64,000 nt of DNA from Octopus vulgaris (Eukaryota): positions 18,228,001 through 18,292,000 of the forward strand of contig OX597840.1 in the NCBI GenBank assembly GCA_951406725.2, read 5' to 3'. The notes beneath the pieces were generated by a model. The model ran no database searches, was not told the origin of the DNA, and was given only the letters and a program-made list of their open reading frames with translations. Below are positions 54,236 through 64,000 of this stretch, in pieces. The first letter of the stretch is position 1, and each line of letters starts with the position of its first letter. The translations under genes and the position numbers were made by a program.

Positions 54236-54565
54236 GTCACTCCATGCCAACTGGTATGGAGGTATTGTTTCAGTCGTGTTTGCTTGTTTGTCTGTCCGTA
54301 GACAAGATATCTCAAGAACCGCTGGATGAATTCGAATGAAACTTTCAGGCACAAATCGATTAAATTTTTGGATCAATCCGGTACCGGACAAGGATTCTGG
54401 ATAATTTTTCCGGTTTTCTTTTTTTTTTACTTAATTTCTGAGAGCGGTCGGGTTCATCTTTAGTATTTTCGTTTGTGAGAGCATTTGAGTTTATTTCATC
54501 TCTGGCTAATCTTTGAGATGACATTGGTGTTGCCTTGGCGGAGGTTTGCGCCATTATTACCATTA
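54236..54565 (+). mobile_element. Helentron-associated (HINE/DINE-1-like) non-autonomous element
   Basis: GGAGGTATTGTTT..GTCTGTCCGT..ATATCTCAAGAACCGCTGGA..AAACTTTCAGG body and TTGGCGGAGGTTTGCGC end. Confidence 0.55.
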
Positions 54566-55347
54566 TTTATTAATCAGAGTAATCCTGAGGGCTCCGTTTC
54601 GGCAGTTGTATGCTTCGACCTTCTTCAGGTTTCTTGCGATTTATCTTCGTGCTTCGCCTGGAATTGAACTGAAACCCTCTAAGTGACTGCGTTGCATTTC
54701 AGCACGTTTATCCACTACGCTATGTCCGTAATTAGTGTCAGAGTGATTTTTCAAGGCTTATAAACCTACAATGATGTCTTATGTCGGCTCCAGTCGGGAT
54801 GGAGCCGACAAAATACAAAAGTGTATTGTAGGTTGTTAACTCTTCCGGTTTCATATACTTGTAACATTATTAACATAATTGTCTGGCAGACCACACACAC
54901 ATACACACACACACAGACACACACACACAGACACACACACATACACACACACGCACACACACACACACACACAGACACACACACACACACACACATACAC
55001 ACACACACAGACACACACACACAGACACACACACATACACACACACGCACACACACACACACACCGCACTCGTAAACGTGTGGTATACGTTTGTTTCAAA
55101 ATGGAACGCATCAAATTTGTGACTTCATACTTCATAAGCGAAGTGGTTATAGATGCCTCTCGTGGTTTGGAGGGGTGAAACGAGGAAGAAGGGGGTGGGG
55201 AATCTTGAAACAATGTGGACCCAAAAAATCTTGGTATTCCCTTGGTAGCATCAATATTGTCTTGTACTGATGGAGGGAGCGATTCTGTCAGATGTTGAAA
55301 TCGTTATCTGCAGACGACAGCTGTATGTAATATATCTGTGTGTGAAA

Positions 55348-55916
55348 GGCGGCGAGCTGGAAGAAACGTTAGCACGCTGGGCGAAAAGCGTAGCCGTATT
55401 TCGTCTGCCGTTACGTTCTGAGTTCAAATTCCGCCGAGGCCAACTTTGCCTTTCATCCTTTCGGGGTCGATAAATTAAGTGCCAGTTGCGCACTGGGGTC
55501 GATGTAGTCGACTTAATCAGTTTGTCTGTCCTTGTTTGTCCCCTCTATGTTTAGTCCCTTGTGGGCAATAAAGAAATAGGTATTTCATCTGTCGCTACGT
55601 TCTGAGTTCAAATTCCGCCGAGGTCGATTTCGCCTTTCATCTTTTCGGGGTCGATTAAATAAGTACTAGTTGCATACTGGGGTCGATATAATCGACTTAA
55701 TCTGTTTGTCTGTCCATGTTTGTCCTCTCTGTGTTTAGCTCCTTGTGAGTAGTAAAGAAATAGGTATTTCGTCTGTCTTTATGTTCTGAGTTCAAATTCT
55801 GCCGAAGTCGACTTTGCCTTTCATCCTTTTGGGGTCGATAAATTAAGTACTAGTTAGGTACTGGGGGCGATCTAATTCCCCGAAATTTCAGCCTTGTGCC
55901 AAGAGTAGAAAAGAAT
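55348..55916 (+). mobile_element. Tandem trimer of the family 2 SINE
   Basis: Three units, period about 185 bp, joined at AAAGAAATA|GGTATTTC. Confidence 0.85.
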
Positions 55917-56291
55917 ACAATCTGTATGTGAATCGGGTGTGTGTATGTATATCTCTTTCTCTCTGTCTATCTCAGCGGCGGATCTACTATAAAACTAATG
56001 AAACTTAAGCTTCAGGCCCCTAATACCCGAGGGGCCCCTCTGAAAAACTTAATTTTTTCATTCTGTCAATATTTTAATTTTTATATTTTGCCAGGCAGAC
56101 AAGTCCGATAAAACGGAATAAACTGAGGAAAAAGTTTTGTCTCCACACCAGTACCCCTAAAAACGGCAAAGAAAAGTAAAAAAAAAACCAAAAAAAACAT
56201 GTATGTATGAATGAATTAATTAATGTACGTATGTATGAATGTATGTGCGTTTGTGTGTTTGTGTATATATATGTATATATATATATATATA

Positions 56292-56630
56292 TTGTTGTTG
56301 TTGGCATCCTTTTTGTCTCGGGAAACAATGGTGTTGCGCATAAAATAATCTAGTCCGGCTTTTACATTTCATGTCCTAATACATCTCCTGCTCTGGCTGT
56401 GTAGTCCTATCCTGGACAAACACTCCCTCTGGCAGGTGCCGTAAATGTAGCGAAGACTTTGCCTGGCTTGTTGTAATGTCATAGTTTCTTGTTGACGTCT
56501 TTTCTTGTCTTTCCATTTCTCCTCTCTCTCTCTGTCACTCCTTTGTGTTCCCTCTTTTACGGTACGTCGCCAATCTCCACGGTTGCTGGCAACTGCTTCC
56601 CAATTGCTAATATTGATGTTGCAGGCACAC
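56292..56630 (-). mobile_element. RTE-clade LINE 3' end
   Basis: WEAVASNRGDWRRTVKEG...CQRECLSRIGLHSQSRRC, then a short 3' UTR and (CAA)n tail. Confidence 0.85.
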
Positions 56631-56923
56631 ACACACACACATTAGCCCTGCAAAGCTTTATTATTCCAGTAAGTCTTCGAAATCTTCCTAAAAGGTAAAT
56701 ACAAAATATGTTCCAAAATTGAGATGGTACTTTTTGGTTATTTCATCTCCATTAAAAAATTGCCATAAAAAAATGGGTTTCCTCCCGACTAAAAAATCGA
56801 GTTAATATGGCAACAAGAGATTGGTTTAAAGGAGTTAGATCCTTTCGATTCAATACTTCAACACATTGTTAACGTTTGGCCTCCCCAATAGGTATTGTAG
56901 GATTTGTTATAAAAATGTTATTA

Positions 56924-57096
56924 GGCGCAGGAGTGACTGAGTGGTAAGTAACTTGCTTACGAACCACATGGTTCCGGGTTCAGTCCCACTGCATGGCACC
57001 TTGGGCAAGTGTCTTCTACTATAGCCTCAGGCTGATCAAAGCCTTGTGAGGGGATTTGGTAGACGGAAACTGAAAGAAGCTCGTCGTATATATATG

Positions 57097-57164
<68 letters not shown>

Positions 57165-57315
57165 TAAAAACGGTAAGATAACAAAAGAAAGAAAGAGACC
57201 TCAATATTATGTAAATAGAGGATAACCGAAGAGATGGGGGTGTGGATTTCTACCTCGGCATCAGAAACTCAGAGTTTTATCTTGGCTACCGAATAATTGT
57301 CACGTATTATTTTAC

Positions 57316-57355
<40 letters not shown>

Positions 57356-57583
57356 CGGCCAGAGTTCTTTCGTCATATATTATGTTTGTGTGCCTGTGTT
57401 TGTCCCCGCAACATCGCTTGACAACCGATGCTAGTCTGTTTACGTCCACGTAACTTGTCGGTTCAGTAAAAGAAACCGATAGAATAAGTACTAGGCTTAC
57501 AAAGAATAAGTCCTGGGGTCGATTTGCTCGACTACAGGCGGTGCTCCAGCATGGCCACAGTCAAATGACTGAAACAAATAAAA
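56924..57583 (+). mobile_element. Family 1 SINE with a hammerhead element inserted in its central (TA)n
   Basis: SINE halves 56924-57090 and 57385-57583 flank 57161-57320. Confidence 0.85.
57221..57281 (+). ncRNA. Type I hammerhead motif (U4C), family G
   Basis: gataa-CCGAAGA-gatg...catc-a-GAAA-ctcagag-TT-ttatc. Confidence 0.6.
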
Positions 57584-57876
57584 GTTTCCGTGTGAGTGTG
57601 TATGTGTATGTAGATACATAATGCATGCATACATGCATACATGCATACATACATACATAAATACATACATGCGATATACATATGCATATGCATATATACG
57701 CATGTATATGTACATGTATGTATGTCTAATGCATGTGTTTATATGGAAATCTCTGTTTGTGTATGTGTGTATGAGTATATTTATATATATGTATATACGT
57801 ATATATATATCTATATATATATATATATATAGAAAGAGAGAGTAAGGAGATAGATAGATATGTATGTTTATATGTA

Positions 57877-57954
<78 letters not shown>

Positions 57955-58187
57955 AAGAGAGAGTATAGATAAATATGTATATGTTTATATATGCATATAT
58001 ATATATATTTATGTATATATATATGTATATGCATATAAATATGTGTACACATGTATATATAATGCAAACTAATAAATATTATTATTATGTGTATATATAT
58101 ATATATATATATATAAGTGTGTGTCAATATATGTTTGTATACCCACACACATACGCACAAAATTATTGTGACTTGTATATATATATA

Positions 58188-58224
<37 letters not shown>

Positions 58225-58943
58225 GATATGTATATAGTGTGATATATCAATGTGGAAAATTGCCAGAAGCAAGTCAAAATATAAACGAGAGCAGGGGTAC
58301 TTAGTATGAACCGAGACTGCTCTGAGTTCGGAAGATTATGGACAACTCTATTTTGGGTGGGATTCCCCACACACTGAAAAGATATATGTCACAGTAAGAC
58401 CACCTCCTGAAGAGAAATCAGCTCTGGTATTTAATTCGTAGCTTTTGAAGTTCATCGAGATATACTCTTTCTCCGCTGTACATTGTCAACATTTTTCGGG
58501 GCCCAGTGGCATATAGCCTGTTCAACTTTAGAAATCTATATGGTGTAAAAATCAGCATTATATTCTTTCAGCTTCCAATGGAGTTTGCCAGTGTTGTTAT
58601 TGCTCTCTTATGAACGTATACAGTTCCACTGCGTGGCATCTTGGGAAAGTGACATCTGTAGATCCTGGCCAGCTAATATTTTGTTAGTGAAATTGGTAGA
58701 CGGAAGCTGTGTGGAAGCCTGTCATGTGTGGATGTTTTCGTCATTGCTCTGTGGTTTTTCGCCAATGGCGCCACAAAAAAGTAAATAATAAGAAAGAAGA
58801 GAACGTCAAAGTTAAAGACACGAAATTGTAATGATCTTTTGAATGTTGACTGATGAGGAATTAGCTACAGATTTTCTGCTTTTAATGTTTCTGTAAAATT
58901 GTCTGTTTGTTGTGTTTTCGTTAAATTTTTGATATATATATAT

Positions 58944-59028
<85 letters not shown>

Positions 59029-59075
59029 GTGTGTGTGTATATACAAACATGTATATATATATACATATATATACA

Positions 59076-59119
<44 letters not shown>

Positions 59120-59151
59120 TCAAAATAAGAAACAAGAATGACTCCGGTAAT

Positions 59152-59237
59152 TTGGTACGATTGTTTCGTACTACATCATTTTATTAAATGTTGTAAGTAC
59201 TACAACAGATTTAAGATGCTGAGTACTCATCAGCCAA
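59152..59237 (-). ncRNA. Type I hammerhead ribozyme with long stem II, intact core
   Basis: ttgg-CTGATGA-gtact...agtac-GAAA-caatcg-TA-ccaa. Lies in element 59119-59335, whose 5' end (TGGTACTTAA..GCACCAGAATT) matches 62288. Confidence 0.85.
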
Positions 59238-60562
59238 TTATAGAGGTTTTCCATTAATACAAAAATTTTCAAATCAAGTGGCAATATTATAGAAAAGGTA
59301 TACAGAATTCTGGTGCATCTAAATTAAGTACCATATTCATTTGAATCTAAATATATATATACATTCATACTTTGTGTGTGTGCGTGTGAAGGCGCATGGA
59401 TTCACAATTATGTTGGCCTCACAATTATGAGGCGTGGAGAAGAGACGCCGATAAGCATAGACGTTTGCTGGCCTTCTATAAAGGACATGTACCTCGGAGA
59501 GGAATTTTCTAGGTGCAATCCCATGATCATTCATGACGTAAGAGGGTCTTTACCCTTTATATGTCATATAATGTACACACACATACACAACGGGCATATA
59601 TAAACCCGGGTCTATAGCAAAAGATCCTTGCCTATCGTGCTACACACTGGGACTGAACACAACACCAACAGGATCGTTGTGGTCTCAAGTAACGGGAATG
59701 AATCTTACGTTCAGAGATTTGTTTTTATACCCACACCTGACACAGATCAGGTTATTTGTGAAACACGATCAACCCTAAAGCAGACACGAATTATGTGTGC
59801 AATGCAGGTGTGTAATATATATATGTGTGGGGATGTATGTATGTATTTATGTATGTATGTATGTATGTATGTATGTATGTATGTATGTATGTATGTATGT
59901 ATGTATTGTATTGTATGTATGTATGTATGAATGTATGTGTGTATGTATGTATGTATGTATGTATGTATGTGTATGTATGTATGTTTGTATGTATGTATGT
60001 ATGTGTGTATGTATGTATGTATGTATGTACGTATGCATGTGTGTATGTATGTATATAAGTACGTGTATGTGTGTGTGTGTGTGCGTGGATGTATAGACGT
60101 GGAGAGAGGGGGAGAGAGAAACAAAATGAAGGCCTATGATGAGAGACTTATTAATAAAGGCGTACATTTGTGAAATATAAGGGAGTATTTTATATATACA
60201 CACACGTATACGCATACGTCAACACTCACTTATATACGTACATGTCTGAAAACATATATATAAATATGTATATGTGTGTGTGTGTGTGAGTGCGCGCGTG
60301 TGTGTATGTATATATATATATATATAATGTATATATATATATGTATATATATATGTATATATGTGTGTGTGTGTGTGTGTATATATATATTATATAGATA
60401 TAGATAAACTTATTTGATGCGTGGATGTGTGACGTTCAAACATAAAATTATATAAAAAATATAAATATATATATATGTATATGTGCACATATATACATAC
60501 ATATACAACATATACATATAAGTACATACTTACATATATATGTATATACGCACGCATATATG

Positions 60563-61098
60563 GGTACAGGACGTCATAAAACGTAAACAACATGAAATAC
60601 GAAAACCTGGAATACGAACTTTTTTGCGAACAACGAAAGAAACAAATGGAAAACAAGACAAGTAACATAAAGAACGACCCTTCATCAGTTGTCGGCTGTT
60701 TTATCTACTCCTTATTTTGAGCAATTACAAGATGTCTCTTCGAGATAACAGTTCCTCCCGAAAAAGCAAAATAAATTTAGGATTTGTAGAGGGTCAAAGT
60801 TGATAACAAAAACAGGACAGTGAAAAGAAACAGTAAGGGTTGCTAAGGCATAACGAAGTGATGTGACGAAGGCTGGAAGAACAAGCTTTGACAGGAGATT
60901 TTACCGTCTTTGATCGTCCGCAAATCCCAAATTTTATTTTGCTTTTGTAAGAGCAACTGTTTTCTCGAAGAGTCATCTTGTCGTAATTGCTCGAAATGTG
61001 GAGTAGATAAAGCAGCCGACGACTGATGAAGAGTCGTTGCTTATGTTTCTTGTCGTATTTCGTATTTCGTGTTGCTTACGTTTTATGACATCCTGTAT
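60563..61098. mobile_element. Fold-back (TA)n-associated element, family E
   Basis: Diverged inverted arms, about 60564-60799 and 60908-61097. Confidence 0.75.
60951..61029 (+). ncRNA. Candidate permuted (pseudoknotted) hammerhead, family E; degenerate mirror copy at 60682-60757 (-)
   Basis: gagcaa-ctgttttct-cgaagagt-ca-TC-ttgtcg-taa-ttgctc-GAAA-tg-tggagt-agataaagcag-c-cgacga-CTGATGA. Confidence 0.6.
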
Positions 61099-61511
61099 AT
61101 ACAGGATGTATATACATTATATGTAAGTATATACATATATGTATATATGCATGATTCCAGGTTCAGTCCCACTGCGTGGCACCTTGGGCAAGTGTCTTCT
61201 GCTATGGCCTCGGGCAGACCAAAGCCTTATGAGTGGATTTGGTAGACGGAAACTGAAAGAAGCCCGTCATATATATATATGTGTGTGTGTGTGTGTGCGT
61301 ATGTGTATGTGTGTGTGTTTGCCTGTGTCTGTGTTTGTCCCCCCCCACCATCACTTGACAACCGATGTTGGTGTGTTTACGCCCCCGGCAAAAGAGATCG
61401 ATAGAATAAGTACCAGGCTTATAAAGAATACGACTTAGGGGCAATTTGTTCAACTAAAGGTGCTGCTCCAGCATGTCAGCAGTCAAATGACAGAAACATA
61501 AAAGGGAAAAG

Positions 61512-61576
<65 letters not shown>

Positions 61577-61747
61577 GCGCAGGAGTGGCTGTGTAGTAAG
61601 TAGCTTGCTAAGCAACCACATGGTTGCGGGTTCAGTCCCACTGCGTGGCATCTTGGGCAAGTGTCTTCTGCTATAGCCCCGGGCCGACCAATGCCTTGTG
61701 AGTGGATTTGGTAGACGGAAAACTGAAAGAAGCCTGTCGTATATATG

Positions 61748-61815
<68 letters not shown>

Positions 61816-61994
61816 TGTTTGTGTGTCTGTGTTCGTCCCCCTGGTGTGTTTACGTCCCCGTCAATTAGCGGTTTGGCAAAAGAGACCAATAGAATAAGTA
61901 CTGGGTTTACAAAGAATAAGTCCCGGGGTCGATTTGATCGACTAAAGGCGGTGCTCCAGCATGGCCGCAGACTGAAACAAGTAAAAGAGTAAAG

Positions 61995-62079
<85 letters not shown>

Positions 62080-62104
62080 CATAGATACATACATAGATAG
62101 ATAC

Positions 62105-62155
<51 letters not shown>

Positions 62156-62176
62156 CATACATACATACATACATAC

Positions 62177-62287
<111 letters not shown>

Positions 62288-62475
62288 TGGTACTTAAGCT
62301 GAGGCACCAGAATTTAGTATGGTGTTATCCATACAATTTAAAATAAGGTGATTATAATCAAAATAAGCAACAAGGATATTCAGAGGTAAGGCAGTACGAT
62401 CGTTTCATGCGACTCCATTTAATTGAACATTATACTAATGTGTCCTTCAAATTTAATTAAATTCTATGTTTTTTG

Positions 62476-62562
62476 TGCAGCTGAAGATTGCTCTACATTT
62501 TAAATTGATGTAATGATTTAATTGTCCAATTAAATGGTGTCGCATAAAACGATCGTACTGCA
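62476..62562 (+). ncRNA. Type I hammerhead motif in fold-back element 62288-62599
   Basis: tgcag-CTGAAGA-ttgc...gcat-AAAA-cgatcg-TA-ctgca. The inverted arm (62353-62430) retains GAAA. Confidence 0.72.
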
Positions 62563-62593
62563 TTACTTCTGGATATCCTTGTTGCTTACTTTG

Positions 62594-62649
<56 letters not shown>

Positions 62650-63033
62650 CATACATACATATATATATATATACATATATACACACATATATATGTATGT
62701 ATGTATGAGTGTGTGTGTATGTTTGTATATATATATATGTATATATACATATATCCACATGCATATGTACATGCACATATACCCACACATACATACACAC
62801 ATACACACACACCCATATACACACACATAGTTTATAACTGGTGGTGCATATATATACAAGACATACTCGGATGTGTTCCTCTGTGTGTATGTGTGTGTTT
62901 GTGTATATATATATAATACAAAATGGGACAAGAACGCAAAGCATCCGCACAGCTAGGTGATATAAAAAGGGAAAACAAAACATCCTGACAGACGATACAA
63001 AGAAACCAAGGACGGGTCATTCGAAGTTTTCTT

Positions 63034-63106
63034 TCCTCAGTCAAGCCCCAGATTATCATCGCAATTTCGGCTGAATATTCTTGAGATTGCTCCAATCTGA
63101 CCAGCC
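63034..63106 (-). ncRNA. Candidate permuted (pseudoknotted) hammerhead, family C copy 3
   Basis: Minus strand: ggctg-g-tcagatt-gga-gcaa-TC-tcaag-aatatt-cagcc-GAAA-ttgc-gatgat-aatctgg-gg-cttga-CTGAGGA. Confidence 0.62.
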
Positions 63107-63533
63107 CCAAGGAATAACTAAGCTAAGAGCATTAGATTCCTTGGAAGAAAGCAGCGAATCTATACAAAAACAAGGACGGAAAAAACAAAGTTACACAAAT
63201 ATAAATACAATAATAAATACAAAAAAAATACTATATGTATATGTCTATGTGTATGTATATATATATGCATATATATATACACGGATATAGATACATACAT
63301 ACATACATACATACATACATACATACATACATACATACATCTCCATCCATCCATCCATCCATCCATACATACATACATACATATATACATACATATATAC
63401 ATACATATATACATACATACATACGTATGTATACACACATGTCAATCCTCACCAATATCGGGTGACATGCAGGCTTAAGAGTAATTTAAAATTAAAACCA
63501 CTCGAAGTATGCTTTTACATATTTGTTTCGTTG

Positions 63534-63594
<61 letters not shown>

Positions 63595-64000
63595 CATACA
63601 TATTTATATATTTATATTGGCTGTGGCAATCATTTCCGCTTTAATCTGACAAAATCCTTTTCTGGAAGGCAAAACAGCCGACGCATTCACGTGCGCGCGC
63701 GCACACAGACACACTCAACACAAACACACAAACGCACACATTCACACACATACACACATTCATATTCATACACCACCCATACACTCTTCCTCCATCTCTC
63801 TCTCTCACTGACACAGCTTCACACATATATATATAGCAATACTCACACACTCACCCATACATAGACTCTCATGCATGCACACATACATCCTCACTACTAT
63901 ACGCAGACACACACACACACACTGACGTACACATACACATAATTTTCTTCAGGACTCGACCGACTTTCCTCTCCTCCAGTGGATTGTCTTCTTCCTGATA

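Noticed and set aside
58404-58459. Hammerhead-like ctc-CTGAAGA...GAAG..TC-gag
   Set aside because: GAAA is mutated and stem III is unpaired. Possibly a decayed copy but not supportable alone.
60987-61035. Ordinary type II hammerhead reading of GAAA...CUGAUGA
   Set aside because: No stem III hairpin, UH site or stem I hairpin can be formed between GAAA and CUGAUGA. The partners lie upstream.

Overview
Repeat-saturated, AT-rich animal genomic DNA, very likely an octopod cephalopod (inferred from the tRNA-SINE families and extreme microsatellite load). The only host gene I can support is four 3' coding exons of an LRRC46-like leucine-rich-repeat gene (+ strand, 4579-10246). The rest is microsatellite, tRNA-derived SINEs, and CR1, RTE, maT (DD37D), Helitron and MITE remnants. 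It also carries a dense population of short non-coding elements inserted in (TA)n tracts, many with fold-back ends. About 20 of these contain minimal type-I hammerhead ribozyme motifs, and a Penelope-like GIY-YIG endonuclease remnant lies at 14290-14790. The most striking signal is in two sequence-unrelated element families (copies at 22.6, 35.3, 60.7/61.0 and 63.0 kb). They contain all hammerhead core pieces (NUH, GAAA, CUGANGA) joined by covarying helices, in a strand order that is none of the known types I/II/III. This is a candidate topologically re-wired, pseudoknotted hammerhead. All structures were read by eye, and no activity has been tested.
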